Counted from the first letter of the stretch, positions 38,958-50,214 are shown. The stretch: DNA of 64,000 bases from Candidatus Versatilivorator sp. (GCA_965207735.1 OZ242296.1:2528001-2592000), one strand, 5' to 3'. Numbers and translations: made by a program. Notes: generated from the sequence alone by a model not told the origin.

Positions 38958-40679
38958 ATGTACGTCGAAACCGTCCCCAACCGCAACTCTCCCCCTGCCA
39001 TCCTCCTGCGCGAAGGCCGCCGTGAGGGTAAAAAGGTCCATAAACGCACCCTGGCCAATCTCTCCCATTGGCCCAAGGACAAGATCGAGCGCCTCCGGCG
39101 CGTGCTCAAGAACGAACCCCTGGTCCATCCCGACCAACTCTTCGCCATCGAACGCTCCCTGCCTCATGGCCACGTCGAGTTGCTGCTGGAAGTGGTGCGG
39201 CAGCTGAAGCTGCCGGCGCTGATCGATTCCCGACCCTCTCCCCAACGGGACCGGGTCTTGGCCATGATCCTGCAGCGTCTGCTCTATCCGGCCTCCAAGC
39301 TGGCCACCACCCGTCTTTGGCACACCACCACGTTGGGTGAGGAACTGTCCCTTGAGGACACCGACGAGGACGATCTCTATGAGGCCATGGACTGGTTGCT
39401 GGAGCGTCAGGACCGGATTGAGCGCAAGCTGGCCAAGCGGCACCTGGCGGAAGGGGATGCGGTGCTCTATGACGTCAGCAGCAGTTACTACGAAGGCCAG
39501 ACCTGCTCGCTGATGCAGTTCGGCCACAACCGGGACGGCAGGCGGGACCGGCCCATGGTGGTCTACGGGGTGCTGGCCGACCAGATGGGGCGGCCGCTGT
39601 CGGTGCAGGCCTATGCCGGCAACACGGGGGATCCGACCACGGTGGGGGATCAGGTGGAGAAGGTGCGGGGTCGGTTTGGTCTGGAGCGGGTGGTGCTGGT
39701 GGGGGACCGCGGGCTGCTGACCGAGACGCAGATCAGCCATCTGAAGCGTCATCCGGGAGTGGGGTGGGTCTCAGCCCTGCGCCACCACCAGATACGCCGT
39801 CTGGTGGAGAGCGAGGCGGTTCAGCTCTCCCTGTTCGACGAGCGTCATCTGGCCGAAGTCCGCAGCCCGGACTATCCGGGCGAGAGGCTCATCGTCTGCC
39901 ACAACCCGCTGCTGGCCGAGCATCGGCGGCGGAAGCGGGAGGCTTTGCTGACAGCCACCGAGGAGGCGCTGGCCGGAATCGCCCGCCAGGTGGCCAGACG
40001 GACCCGCACGCCCTTGTCGGCGACCGAGATCGCCGAGAAAGTCGGCCGGGTCAAGAACCGCTTCCAGGTGGCCAAACACTTCCGGACCCAGATCGCAGAC
40101 GGGTCCTTCCACTATGAACGGCGCACCGACGCCATCATCCGGGAGGCGCAACTGGACGGGTTCTACATGCTGAGGACCAGCGAGCCAGCCGATCGCCTGC
40201 CAACAGCCGCGGTGGTGCGCCGCTACAAGGACCTGACGCGGGTGGAGCGGGCCTTCCGCTCCCTCAAGACCGTCGACCTGCACATCCGCCCCATCCGTCA
40301 TCGGGTGGAGAGCCGGGTGCGGGCTCATCTGTTCCTGTGCCTGCTGGCCTATTACGTTCAGTGGCATCTGCGGCTGGCCCTGGCTCCGTTGCTGTTCGAT
40401 GACGAGGAGTTGGAAGCGGAACGGGCACGGCGAGACCCGGTGCTGGCGGCCCAGCCGTCGGACTCCGCCAAACGGAAGAAGAGCAAACGCCTCACCGAGG
40501 ACGGCTTGCCGCTGCAGAGCCTGGAGACGTTGATGGCGCAGATGGCGACGCGGGCCCGCCACCAGTGCCGATTGCCCTCCGAACCCGATGGTCCGCGAGT
40601 CCAGCGATTGACCGAGCCGACCCCGCTACAGCAAAGGGCCTTCGAGCTCATCAGGATGTTCCCAGGCAAGACAACCTGA
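38958..40679 (+). CDS. IS1634-family DDE transposase
   Basis: RTLANLS, LYDVSSSYYEG, FGHNRD.RRD, GNTGD, VGDRG, VERAFRSLK, RPIRH....RVRAH; 573 aa. Confidence 0.93.
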   Translation: MYVETVPNRNSPPAILLREGRREGKKVHKRTLANLSHWPKDKIERLRRVLKNEPLVHPDQLFAIERSLPHGHVELLLEVVRQLKLPALIDSRPSPQRDRVLAMILQRLLYPASKLATTRLWHTTTLGEELSLEDTDEDDLYEAMDWLLERQDRIERKLAKRHLAEGDAVLYDVSSSYYEGQTCSLMQFGHNRDGRRDRPMVVYGVLADQMGRPLSVQAYAGNTGDPTTVGDQVEKVRGRFGLERVVLVGDRGLLTETQISHLKRHPGVGWVSALRHHQIRRLVESEAVQLSLFDERHLAEVRSPDYPGERLIVCHNPLLAEHRRRKREALLTATEEALAGIARQVARRTRTPLSATEIAEKVGRVKNRFQVAKHFRTQIADGSFHYERRTDAIIREAQLDGFYMLRTSEPADRLPTAAVVRRYKDLTRVERAFRSLKTVDLHIRPIRHRVESRVRAHLFLCLLAYYVQWHLRLALAPLLFDDEELEAERARRDPVLAAQPSDSAKRKKSKRLTEDGLPLQSLETLMAQMATRARHQCRLPSEPDGPRVQRLTEPTPLQQRAFELIRMFPGKTT

Positions 40680-40726
40680 GATTCCTGATTGATGATTGAA
40701 GATAAAGGAGTTATCTTGTCGGTGGA

Positions 40727-42655
40727 CCGAAGTTCCTCCCATTTTACACCCAAAAAATCGCCTTAAGCCATTTGTTTTCTTGGGGAAGAGGATTGAGGCG
40801 TGTGGAGTGTTGTTCCCATGTATATGATTAGCATTTATCTTGACATGATAGTTGTATGTGATATCGTAGTCCCATGTACGTCGAAACCGTCCCCAACCGC
40901 AACTCTCCCCCTGCCATCCTCCTGCGCGAAGGCCGCCGTGAGGGTAAAAAGGTCCATAAACGCACCCTGGCCAATCTCTCCCATTGGCCCAAGGACAAGA
41001 TCGAGCGCCTCCGGCGCGTGCTCAAGAACGAACCCCTGGTCCATCCCGACCAACTCTTCGCCATCGAACGCTCCCTGCCTCATGGCCACGTCGAGTTGCT
41101 GCTGGAAGTGGTGCGGCAGCTGAAGCTGCCGGCGCTGATCGATTCCCGACCCTCTCCCCAACGGGACCGGGTCTTGGCCATGATCCTGCAGCGTCTGCTC
41201 TATCCGGCCTCCAAGCTGGCCACCACCCGTCTTTGGCACACCACCACGTTGGGTGAGGAACTGTCCCTTGAGGACACCGACGAGGACGATCTCTATGAGG
41301 CCATGGACTGGTTGCTGGAGCGTCAGGACCGGATTGAGCGCAAGCTGGCCAAGCGGCACCTGGCGGAAGGGGATGCGGTGCTCTATGACGTCAGCAGCAG
41401 TTACTACGAAGGCCAGACCTGCTCGCTGATGCAGTTCGGCCACAACCGGGACGGCAGGCGGGACCGGCCCATGGTGGTCTACGGGGTGCTGGCCGACCAG
41501 ATGGGGCGGCCGCTGTCGGTGCAGGCCTATGCCGGCAACACGGGGGATCCGACCACGGTGGGGGATCAGGTGGAGAAGGTGCGGGGTCGGTTTGGTCTGG
41601 AGCGGGTGGTGCTGGTGGGGGACCGCGGGCTGCTGACCGAGACGCAGATCAGCCATCTGAAGCGTCATCCGGGAGTGGGGTGGGTCTCAGCCCTGCGCCA
41701 CCACCAGATACGCCGTCTGGTGGAGAGCGAGGCGGTTCAGCTCTCCCTGTTCGACGAGCGTCATCTGGCCGAAGTCCGCAGCCCGGACTATCCGGGCGAG
41801 AGGCTCATCGTCTGCCACAACCCGCTGCTGGCCGAGCATCGGCGGCGGAAGCGGGAGGCTTTGCTGACAGCCACCGAGGAGGCGCTGGCCGGAATCGCCC
41901 GCCAGGTGGCCAGACGGACCCGCACGCCCTTGTCGGCGACCGAGATCGCCGAGAAAGTCGGCCGGGTCAAGAACCGCTTCCAGGTGGCCAAACACTTCCG
42001 GACCCAGATCGCAGACGGGTCCTTCCACTATGAACGGCGCACCGACGCCATCATCCGGGAGGCGCAACTGGACGGGTTCTACATGCTGAGGACCAGCGAG
42101 CCAGCCGATCGCCTGCCAACAGCCGCGGTGGTGCGCCGCTACAAGGACCTGACGCGGGTGGAGCGGGCCTTCCGCTCCCTCAAGACCGTCGACCTGCACA
42201 TCCGCCCCATCCGTCATCGGGTGGAGAGCCGGGTGCGGGCTCATCTGTTCCTGTGCCTGCTGGCCTATTACGTTCAGTGGCATCTGCGGCTGGCCCTGGC
42301 TCCGTTGCTGTTCGATGACGAGGAGTTGGAAGCGGAACGGGCACGGCGAGACCCGGTGCTGGCGGCCCAGCCGTCGGACTCCGCCAAACGGAAGAAGAGC
42401 AAACGCCTCACCGAGGACGGCTTGCCGCTGCAGAGCCTGGAGACGTTGATGGCGCAGATGGCGACGCGGGCCCGCCACCAGTGCCGATTGCCCTCCGAAC
42501 CCGATGGTCCGCGAGTCCAGCGATTGACCGAGCCGACCCCGCTACAGCAAAGGGCCTTCGAGCTCATCAGGATGTTCCCAGGCAAGACAACCTGAGATTC
42601 CTGATTGATGATTGAAGATAAAGGAGTTATCTTGTCGGTGGGTCAGGAACTTCGG
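40727..42655 (+). mobile_element. IS1634-family element, copy 2 (complete, 1929 bp)
   Basis: IRL CCGAAGTTCCT at 40727; IRR AGGAACTTCGG ending at 42655, followed by ATTAAA matching 38805-38810. Confidence 0.92.
40874..42595 (+). CDS. IS1634-family DDE transposase (same translation as copy 1)
   Basis: Same 573-aa protein, offset 1916 bp. Confidence 0.93.
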   Translation: MYVETVPNRNSPPAILLREGRREGKKVHKRTLANLSHWPKDKIERLRRVLKNEPLVHPDQLFAIERSLPHGHVELLLEVVRQLKLPALIDSRPSPQRDRVLAMILQRLLYPASKLATTRLWHTTTLGEELSLEDTDEDDLYEAMDWLLERQDRIERKLAKRHLAEGDAVLYDVSSSYYEGQTCSLMQFGHNRDGRRDRPMVVYGVLADQMGRPLSVQAYAGNTGDPTTVGDQVEKVRGRFGLERVVLVGDRGLLTETQISHLKRHPGVGWVSALRHHQIRRLVESEAVQLSLFDERHLAEVRSPDYPGERLIVCHNPLLAEHRRRKREALLTATEEALAGIARQVARRTRTPLSATEIAEKVGRVKNRFQVAKHFRTQIADGSFHYERRTDAIIREAQLDGFYMLRTSEPADRLPTAAVVRRYKDLTRVERAFRSLKTVDLHIRPIRHRVESRVRAHLFLCLLAYYVQWHLRLALAPLLFDDEELEAERARRDPVLAAQPSDSAKRKKSKRLTEDGLPLQSLETLMAQMATRARHQCRLPSEPDGPRVQRLTEPTPLQQRAFELIRMFPGKTT

Positions 42656-43126
42656 ATTAAATGAAGACGAACCACGAATGAACACGAATAGACACGAAGA
42701 CGGATAGACCTCCTTGGGTTCGACGATGTCTTTTTTCGGTTGTTTCAGGCCAGCCGGGCCTCCGCCCTGGTGTGCGGATCATGCATAGAGTGAAACAATC
42801 GGAAATCGATCAACCCTTCGCGAACTTGGTACCCCGTCGCGGCCAACCTCAGCGCCTTCGTGTCCCTTCGTGGTCCTTCGTGCCCCTTCGTGGATAAGTC
42901 TTTTGTCTTTTGTCTCTTGTCGGTTGTTTCAGGCCAGCCGGGCCTCCGCCCTGGTGTGCGGATCATGCATAGAGTGAAACAATCGGGAATCGATCAACCC
43001 TTCGCGAACTTGGTACCCCGTCGCGGCCAACCTCAGCGCCTTCGTGTCCCTTCGTCGTTCTTCGTGCCCCTTCGTGGATAAGTCTTTTGTCTTTTGTCTT
43101 TTTTCGGTTGTTTCAGACAAGCCGCT

Positions 43127-44842
43127 CTATGTCACTGCCCGGCCTCCATCGGCCAACAGCAGGCTTCCGGCATGGGCGACCAGGTCGGCCAGGTCGATCT
43201 CGGTGATCTTGCCGGTGACACGTTCCACCCACTCCACCTTTCCCAGGGCCAGCTTCCGGCTGCCGAAATTGATTCGAAAAGGAATCCCTACCAGGTCGGC
43301 ATCCTTGAACTTGACCCCGGGACGCTCATTCCGGTCGTCCAGCAGAACCTCGACTCCCAGTTCCTGCAACTTGCGGTAGGCCTTCTCGGCTTCCTGCACC
43401 ACGGCGGCGTCCCTGGCATTGACCACGCAGATCATGCAGTCGAAGGGGGCAATGGAACGTGGCCAGATGATTCCGTCGTCGTCGTGGCCGCTTTCGACGG
43501 CGGCTGCAAGAATCCTTTCGACTCCAATCCCATAGCTCCCCATGACAACGGGAACCTCCCGCCCCTGTGAGTTGAGAACGGTGGCTCCCATGCTCTCCGA
43601 GTACTTGGTTCCCAGCTTGAAAATATGCCCGACCTCCAAGGCCTTGTGGATATTCAGCGGGGAGCGGCATCGGGGGCAGGCTTCTCCCGCCTGGACCACA
43701 CGCAAGTCAAAATACTCGGCCTGGTAGTCCCGCCCGGGAGTCACACCGGAGAGGTGAAAGTCGTTCCGGTTGGCCCCACAGGTCAGATTCCGTCTTCCCT
43801 GCAGGGCATGGTCGGAAAGAATACGCAGGCCCGCAACCTTTACCGGACCCAGCGAACCGGCATCTGCGCCCGCCACCGCCAGAATTTCCTCCGGCAGGGC
43901 CGGGCGGGCTTCGCCCCCCAGCACCGCATGCAGCTTGGCTTCATTGAGTTGGTGGTCGCCTCGCACCAGAACCAGCAAGGATTGGTCCCCAAACCGATAG
44001 ATGAGGGACTTGATCTGGCGGGAAGCCGAAACTCCCAGAAACCGCACAATGTCGTCAATGGTTTTCTGGCCGGGGGTGGCGACCGGCTGGGGTGTTTCGG
44101 GCCCGGCTTCATCCTGCGCCGGTTCCAGTTCCGAGGTCGCCTTTTCCAGATTGGCCGCGTAACCGCAGGCGCAGTAGACAACCATGTCCTCGCCTGCCTC
44201 AGTCAGGACCATGAATTCATGAGACTGGCTCCCACCCATCATGCCACTGCTGGCTTCGACCACGCGATACCGGAGCCCGCAACGGTCGTAGATTCGACAA
44301 TAGAGGTCGTAGTGCTTTCGATAGCTCCGATCCAAGCCCTCCCAGTCGACATCGAACGAGTAGGAGTCTTTCATGGTGAACTGACGCACACGAAGCAAGC
44401 CCGACTTGGGCCGAGGCTCGTCCCTGAACTTGGTCTGGATCTGGTACCAGATCTGGGGCAGTTGGCGATAAGAGCGGAGCTCGTTGCGGGCGATGGATGC
44501 AAAAACCTCCTCATGCGTCATGCCCAGGCACATGTCCCGGTCGGAGCGGTCCTTGAGACGAAACATGTTCGGCCCCATGCCCTCCCAACGGCCGCTTTCC
44601 TGCCAGATTTCAGCCGGGTGCAGGGCGGGCAGCGCGAATTCCTGGGCGCCCATGCGATCGAGTTCGTCCCTGATGATCCGGGTGATCTTGAGCACCACCC
44701 GCTGGGCCAGGGGCAGGTAGGAATAAATCCCCGAGGCCAGTTGCCGAATGTATCCCCCGCGTAGGAGCAGAATATGGCTCGGCACCTCGGCCTCGGCAGG
44801 GGCTTCTCTCAGAGTAGGGATAAAGGCTTGGCTCCAGCGCAT
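43127..44842 (-). CDS. proS: Proline--tRNA ligase (bacterial type with editing domain)
   Basis: [62 protein letters not shown]. Confidence 0.97.
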   Translation of the reverse strand: MRWSQAFIPTLREAPAEAEVPSHILLLRGGYIRQLASGIYSYLPLAQRVVLKITRIIRDELDRMGAQEFALPALHPAEIWQESGRWEGMGPNMFRLKDRSDRDMCLGMTHEEVFASIARNELRSYRQLPQIWYQIQTKFRDEPRPKSGLLRVRQFTMKDSYSFDVDWEGLDRSYRKHYDLYCRIYDRCGLRYRVVEASSGMMGGSQSHEFMVLTEAGEDMVVYCACGYAANLEKATSELEPAQDEAGPETPQPVATPGQKTIDDIVRFLGVSASRQIKSLIYRFGDQSLLVLVRGDHQLNEAKLHAVLGGEARPALPEEILAVAGADAGSLGPVKVAGLRILSDHALQGRRNLTCGANRNDFHLSGVTPGRDYQAEYFDLRVVQAGEACPRCRSPLNIHKALEVGHIFKLGTKYSESMGATVLNSQGREVPVVMGSYGIGVERILAAAVESGHDDDGIIWPRSIAPFDCMICVVNARDAAVVQEAEKAYRKLQELGVEVLLDDRNERPGVKFKDADLVGIPFRINFGSRKLALGKVEWVERVTGKITEIDLADLVAHAGSLLLADGGRAVT

Positions 44843-45202
44843 TCCGACTCCTCAAATGGAATGTCCAACCCGTTGGACCGTCGGCGCTCGGCGCGAAGGG
44901 CTACCGAATTGTTCCTGCACAGCGCCGTTCGATGTCCCGCTAAGCCCATGGATCTTCCCACTGACAACCGGGCAAATGAAGGACGACGTAGAAGATAGCA
45001 TATTTGACGGCAAAAGATTCGGAGCCGTCCTGAATTCCCGAAAAGCCCCACCAGAAGCGGGAAGAGAGCCAATTCCCTTCTATAATTGGTTTGTCAGCAT
45101 CCGGTTTGTTGGTTAACATTTGAACTCGGAGATGCTGGTCCCGGACGCGTGCGAACCCGGCCCGGCGTGGCGGCAACCATCCATTCTCAGAGGGCACTGT
45201 CC

Positions 45203-46483
45203 GTGACGATCAACCCCGAACTCGAAAGAAGCCTTGCCTGCGTCGACCCGCGGGTTTCCGAGGCCATCGACCGGGAAACCCGGCGTCAAGCCAACCAACT
45301 GGAACTGATTGCCTCCGAGAATTTCGTGAGCGAGGCCGTCCTGGAAGCCACCGGGAGCGTGTTCACCAACAAGTACGCGGAGGGCTACCCCGGTCGGCGC
45401 TACTACGGGGGCTGCGAGTTTACCGACGTGGTGGAGCAGTTGGCCATAGACAGGGCCAAGCAATTGTTTGGCGCAGAACATGCCAACGTGCAACCCCACT
45501 CCGGAACTCAAGCCAACGTAGCGGTATACATGACGGCGTTGAAGCCCGGGGAGACCATTCTCGGAATGGATCTGTCCCACGGGGGGCACCTCACTCACGG
45601 CCATCCACTGAACTTCTCCGGCAGAATGTATGGCATCGTTCCCTATGGGGTCCGCAAGGACACGGAAACGATCGATTACGACGCCCTGGCTGCACTGGCC
45701 CTGGAGAACCGGCCCAAGCTCATCGTGGCTGGAGCCAGCGCCTACCCCCGCGAAATCGACTTCAAGCGAATGGGGGAGATCGCTCGCCAAAGCGGCGCCC
45801 TGCTGATGGCCGACATGGCCCACATTGCCGGCCTGGTGGCCGTCGGGGAGCACCCCAGTCCGGTTCCCCACTGCGATTTCGTGACCACCACCACCCACAA
45901 GACCCTGCGGGGACCGCGCGGCGGCATGATCCTCTGCCGGAAGGCTTATGCCAAGAACCTGAACCGCCTGCTGTTTCCGGGGACCCAGGGCGGGCCCCTG
46001 GTGCATGTCGTGGCTGCCAAGGCCGTCTGTCTTCAGGAAGCCCTGCAACCCGACTTCGGGCGTTATATCCGACAGGTCAAGCGAAATGCCTCGGCGCTGG
46101 CCGCCAGCATTCTGGAGAGCGGCTACCGGCTGGTGTCCGGGGGAACCGATACTCACCTGATTCTGGTCGATGTCTTCTCCAAGGGAATCACCGGCAAACA
46201 GGCGGAACTCGCCCTGGACCAGGCCGGAATCACCGTCAACAAGAACACGATCCCTTTCGACACCCACCCCCCCCTGGTGACCAGTGGGATACGATTGGGC
46301 ACTCCCGCGCTCACTTCCCGGGGCATGGGCGAATCCGAAATGCACCTCATCGGCCAGTGGATCGGAGAGGTGCTGGACCAGGTTGAGGACGTAGAGGTCC
46401 GGAAGAAGATCCGTTCTCGAGTCGGAGAACTCTCGGAGCAGTTTCCCCTCTACGCATCCAGGCTGGCTCCTTCCGCGGTCTGA
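45203..46483 (+). CDS. glyA: Serine hydroxymethyltransferase
   Basis: [55 protein letters not shown]; start GTG 45203 inferred. Confidence 0.97.
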   Translation: MTINPELERSLACVDPRVSEAIDRETRRQANQLELIASENFVSEAVLEATGSVFTNKYAEGYPGRRYYGGCEFTDVVEQLAIDRAKQLFGAEHANVQPHSGTQANVAVYMTALKPGETILGMDLSHGGHLTHGHPLNFSGRMYGIVPYGVRKDTETIDYDALAALALENRPKLIVAGASAYPREIDFKRMGEIARQSGALLMADMAHIAGLVAVGEHPSPVPHCDFVTTTTHKTLRGPRGGMILCRKAYAKNLNRLLFPGTQGGPLVHVVAAKAVCLQEALQPDFGRYIRQVKRNASALAASILESGYRLVSGGTDTHLILVDVFSKGITGKQAELALDQAGITVNKNTIPFDTHPPLVTSGIRLGTPALTSRGMGESEMHLIGQWIGEVLDQVEDVEVRKKIRSRVGELSEQFPLYASRLAPSAV

Positions 46484-46627
46484 AGGCAGGTCTGAGACTT
46501 CTCAGCGCCGGATTCCGACGCTCTCGACCGGATCAACCCCCATTGCACCGGGTCGCCGGATCCGGGATAAATCGAAATAGTCGCACCGTCGGAGAACGCA
46601 CTGCGTTTCCCGGCAAAGGTAGCCGAA

Positions 46628-47257
46628 ATGATATTTGAACAGGTAGCCGTGGGGCCCTTGCAATGCAACTGCTACATACTGGGGTGTGAAGAATCGCGAG
46701 AGGCACTGGTGATAGACCCCGGGGACGAGGTGGAATTGATTCTTCCTCTGATCGAGAAGCATGGCTTGAGGGTCAGGTATCTGCTCAGCACTCACGCCCA
46801 CCTTGACCACGTGGGAGATCTGGAGGCGATGAAGGAGCAGACAGGCGCACAGGTTCTGTTGCACGAACGAGATCTGACCTTGTACCAAAACCTGCCGATG
46901 CAGGCCTCCTGGATGGGGCTGTCAACGCCACCCACCACCGAGATCGACCATTTTGTCCACCAGGGCGATCGCGTCTCATTCGGGCGGCACTCCGGCGAAG
47001 TACTCTTCACTCCGGGCCACACGCCCGGGAGCCTCTGCCTGCACCTCCCGGAGCAAGCAGGCCGGCTGTTTGCGGGAGACACACTGTTTCAAATGGGTAT
47101 CGGAAGAACGGATCTCTGGGGAGGCTCCTACAAGGACATCATCGAATCCATACGGAACCGTCTCCTGCAACTGGACGACAGTACCCTGGTTTACCCCGGC
47201 CACGGTCCAGCCACGACCATCGGGGAGGAAAAACGACTCAACCCGTTTCTGAAATAG
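46628..47257 (+). CDS. MBL-fold hydrolase (YcbL/glyoxalase II-like)
   Basis: THAHLDH, TPGHTPG, GDTLF..GIGRTDL, PGHGP.TTIG.E. Confidence 0.92.
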   Translation: MIFEQVAVGPLQCNCYILGCEESREALVIDPGDEVELILPLIEKHGLRVRYLLSTHAHLDHVGDLEAMKEQTGAQVLLHERDLTLYQNLPMQASWMGLSTPPTTEIDHFVHQGDRVSFGRHSGEVLFTPGHTPGSLCLHLPEQAGRLFAGDTLFQMGIGRTDLWGGSYKDIIESIRNRLLQLDDSTLVYPGHGPATTIGEEKRLNPFLK

Positions 47258-47418
47258 AATCGACCGGGGCGGCTACCCCCCTGCCCCCCGAACGCAGGCG
47301 CACGACCCGCATTTCTCCCGGGGCCGCTGGGAGCATCCTGAAAAAAGATAGTTTTCAGGAGTCGTTGGGAAGACTTGCGAGAACAGACAGCGGGACAGTC
47401 TCCGGAACGTCGGGGCTC

Positions 47419-48333
47419 TCAAAGGACGGATCTGACCGCTTTTTCCAGAGTTCCCCGATCCTGGTAGTTGACGAAGTGGTGGCGAATCAACCCGTCCTCA
47501 TCCACCAGAAACAGACTGGGGAACAACTGGATCCCTCCGTAGGCCTCCTGAACTTCCGCGGAAAGATGACCCACTGGAAAATTGATCTTGTGCTTGTCCA
47601 GATAGGCGGCACGCTCCGAATCCGGGTACCCCAGGTCCAAGACCCGGTCGGCATTCAGACCGATGACGGTAAAGTTCCGCGGTCCGAACTGTTCCTGCAG
47701 GGAGACCAGGTGGGGAGTGATCTTGACGCAGGGGGGGCAGTGGGTAAACCAGAAGTAGACCAGGCGGGTCCCTTGGCTGGAATCGAGGCTGAGCTCGTCC
47801 CCGTCCAGAAGCCGGACGGTGAATTGCGGCGCCTTCTTCCCTTCCCAACCGGCGATGGAGCGTTCGATGACCTCGTTGAACCGGGGATCCGCCTGGATTC
47901 GCTCCAGGTCCACCGAGGCAATCTCGCCGCTTTCCGGGTCTCTCTTGAAAAATTGGGGCACCCTCCGATCGTACTCGACGATCCGGAGAATCACGTCGAC
48001 CTCACCCGCGACCCGCAGGTTGAATTGCTCGGCGATTTCGCGAAGCCGGGGCGGTTTTTGGTTGGCGGCATAGTATTGGGCCACGAAGTGAGGCACCTTG
48101 AAGAAAATGTTATAGAGCCGACTGAGGACCCTGCGCTCCTCGGGCTCGGTGAAACGCTGGTGCAGCTCCGTAACCAGCACGGGCCGGCCCGGCTCGAGGT
48201 GGGTCTTCAGAAATCCGATGATCCTCTCCTCGGCGGCCCGTTCCCTGTCTTGAAGGTCGTCCGACGCCGAGGTTCCGACCAAGAGGAACAAGCACAGGCC
48301 CAACGTCATCATTTGCTTTAAGATCCCGATCAT
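47419..48333 (-). CDS. TlpA-like thioredoxin-fold disulfide reductase with N-terminal extension
   Basis: Signal peptide; APQF, YFWFTHCPPC, YGGIQLFP.LFLVD. The start may be 48312. Confidence 0.82.
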   Translation of the reverse strand: MIGILKQMMTLGLCLFLLVGTSASDDLQDRERAAEERIIGFLKTHLEPGRPVLVTELHQRFTEPEERRVLSRLYNIFFKVPHFVAQYYAANQKPPRLREIAEQFNLRVAGEVDVILRIVEYDRRVPQFFKRDPESGEIASVDLERIQADPRFNEVIERSIAGWEGKKAPQFTVRLLDGDELSLDSSQGTRLVYFWFTHCPPCVKITPHLVSLQEQFGPRNFTVIGLNADRVLDLGYPDSERAAYLDKHKINFPVGHLSAEVQEAYGGIQLFPSLFLVDEDGLIRHHFVNYQDRGTLEKAVRSVL

Positions 48334-48399
48334 TTCAACCTCTTTCGCGACGCTCTCAATGATTATGCAACAAAGACAGGCGCACTGCCAGGGGGAAGG

Positions 48400-48792
48400 A
48401 TGTCTCCAGTGGACTTAGCAAGCAAGCCTCACCCGGACGACTTCTATCGGGGACTGGAACTCTTCAACCGCCGTTTCTATTACGAATGCCACGACCTTTG
48501 GGAGGAGGTGTGGGCCGAGGCCAAAGGCAAGGAAAAGCTTTTCTATCAAGCCCTCATCATGTCGGCGGTGTCGCTCTACCACTACGGCAACGAGAATCTG
48601 GAAGGAGCACTGAGCTGCCACCGCAAGTCAAGGGAGCGGTTCCGCCAACTCCCCGACCGCTTTATGCGCCTCGATATCTCGCAGTTCGTGGCCGAGATGG
48701 AGGCCTTCTACCACGGCCTGTCCGCCGAGCATACCCGTTGGAACCAGGAACTGCGGGACAGACCGCGCCCCACCATTCAACTGGATAGCTGA
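48400..48792 (+). CDS. DUF309 domain protein
   Basis: GLELFN...YYECHDLWEEVW, FYQALI...V.LYH...N..GA. Confidence 0.88.
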   Translation: MSPVDLASKPHPDDFYRGLELFNRRFYYECHDLWEEVWAEAKGKEKLFYQALIMSAVSLYHYGNENLEGALSCHRKSRERFRQLPDRFMRLDISQFVAEMEAFYHGLSAEHTRWNQELRDRPRPTIQLDS

Positions 48793-48813
48793 GCCGGGCT
48801 TAAGCACCATCCC

Positions 48814-49914
48814 TCACGCAGCGGCGACACGGTCGACCGGCCGGTAGAGAGTGTCCCGTTCAATCGGTTCCCGACCCGATTCCCGGATGAGGTGCTCGAT
48901 TTCCGCGCGCGTCAGGCCGACGGGAGTCTGAGCCCCCGCCATGTGAACGATCTTTTCTTCAACCACCGTCCCATCCAGGTCATCGGCCCCATAGTGAAGT
49001 CCAATTTGGGCAGTCTTGGCCCCGATCATGATCCAATAGGCCTTGATATGGGGGAAATTGTCCAGCAGGAGACGACTGACCGCGATGGTTCGAAGGTCCA
49101 GCATGGCGGTAGGCGCCGGCAGATGATCCAGTTGCGTATTCGCCGGGTGGAAAGCCAGCGGAATGAAACATTGAAATCCCCGTGTCTCGTCCTGCAACTC
49201 CCTCAACCGGATCAGGTGGTCGACTCGATCCTCCACGGTTTCCACATGTCCGTAGAGCATGGTGGCATTGGACTTCAATCCGCAGAGGTGCACCCTCCTG
49301 GCGATCTCGAGCCAGCGTTGGCCCGACACCTTGTGGTCACAAATGAGGTCGCGGGGACGCTCGGCAAAGATCTCGGCCCCTCCCCCGGGGCAGCTGTCCA
49401 TTCCCGCCTCCCGAAGAGCCTGTATGGTCTCATCGACGGACAACTTGGCCCGGCGGGACAGGAAATCGATCTCAACCATGGTGAAGGCCTTGAGATGAAC
49501 CTTCGGAAAACGTTCCTTCAATCCACGGAGAAGGTCGGTGTAGTAGGAGAAGGGTAGATAGGGGTGAAGGCCACCCACGATGTGAAACTCGGTCACCGAC
49601 TCGCTATACCCCATGGAGGCGTGATGATAGGCCTCCTCCAGCGACATGGTGTAGCCGCCCTTGCCGGGTTTGCGGGCAAATCCGCAGAACTTGCAGTCAA
49701 CCACGCAGACGTTGGTGGGATTCAGATGGCGATTGACGTTGAAATACCCGACGTTCCCATTCCATTTTTCCCGAACCCGGTTGGCCAGAGCCCCCACGGT
49801 ATGGAGGTCCGAAGTCCGATAAAGCGTGACGCCTTCCTCGAACGACAATCTCTCCCCGGAGAAAACCTTGTCGCTGATCCGTGAAAGCTCGGAGCTCATT
49901 TGACGAGTGTTCAA
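48814..49914 (-). CDS. mqnE: Aminofutalosine synthase (radical SAM, futalosine menaquinone pathway)
   Basis: NRHLNPTNVCVVDCKFCGF, EFHIVGGLHP, HLKAFT.VEI, PGGGAEIF, NATMLYGHVE, FIPLAFHP.NT, HIKAYW. Confidence 0.9.
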   Translation of the reverse strand: MNTRQMSSELSRISDKVFSGERLSFEEGVTLYRTSDLHTVGALANRVREKWNGNVGYFNVNRHLNPTNVCVVDCKFCGFARKPGKGGYTMSLEEAYHHASMGYSESVTEFHIVGGLHPYLPFSYYTDLLRGLKERFPKVHLKAFTMVEIDFLSRRAKLSVDETIQALREAGMDSCPGGGAEIFAERPRDLICDHKVSGQRWLEIARRVHLCGLKSNATMLYGHVETVEDRVDHLIRLRELQDETRGFQCFIPLAFHPANTQLDHLPAPTAMLDLRTIAVSRLLLDNFPHIKAYWIMIGAKTAQIGLHYGADDLDGTVVEEKIVHMAGAQTPVGLTRAEIEHLIRESGREPIERDTLYRPVDRVAAA

Positions 49915-50093
49915 CTGCCGACCCTCCCTCTGATCTGCCCGCGAATGCTACCGCGGAACCCCTAACTCCATTATGATATAGACGTTAGATGGTAGCGGAT
50001 TCCGGAGATCGTGTCACGAAATCATTGATCATCGCAAATGCGCACCGGACCATCGCCCGAGCCTGATTCCTGTGCAGCGGCGTCACGGTCTGT

Positions 50094-50175
50094 TAATCCT
50101 GTCTATCCTGTCCATCCATGTTCTCTTGGTATTTTTTCGTGCCCCTTCGTCGTCCTTCCTGTCCCTTCGTGGATA
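50094..50175 (-). repeat. Dispersed short-period modules of the modular repeat family
   Basis: ATCCTGTCTATCCTGTCCATCCATGTTC matches 13140-13167 and 38777-38803. TTCGTGCCCCTTCGTCG...CCTTCGTGGATA matches the CCACGAAGGGGCACGAAG module. Confidence 0.7.
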
Positions 50176-50214
50176 TCTCTTGGTCCTTCGTGAGTCGAGA
50201 GCCGACGAGTCCTA

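Larger units (their letters stand above)
38811..40725 (+). mobile_element. IS1634-family element, copy 1 (lacks the last 14 bp including IRR)
   Basis: Begins CCGAAGTTCCT after ATTAAA. Ends ...CTTGTCGGTGG, followed by one A and then the next IRL. Confidence 0.88.
38677..43122 (-). repeat. Modular repeat array 3 (minus orientation): two 184-bp units plus a mosaic third unit interrupted by the IS1634 dimer
   Basis: GGTTGTTTCAG at 42738, 42922 and 43106. The reverse complement of the unit end reappears at 38677-38713, left of the IS. Confidence 0.85.

Noticed and set aside
40726-42655. Second IS1634 as a nested insertion into the end of the first
   Set aside because: This would leave the displaced 14-bp IRR after copy 2 and a second target duplication; neither is present.
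44843-45202. ZTP/glycine riboswitch before glyA or T-box before proS
   Set aside because: I could not find the conserved motifs by eye; an Rfam scan would be needed.
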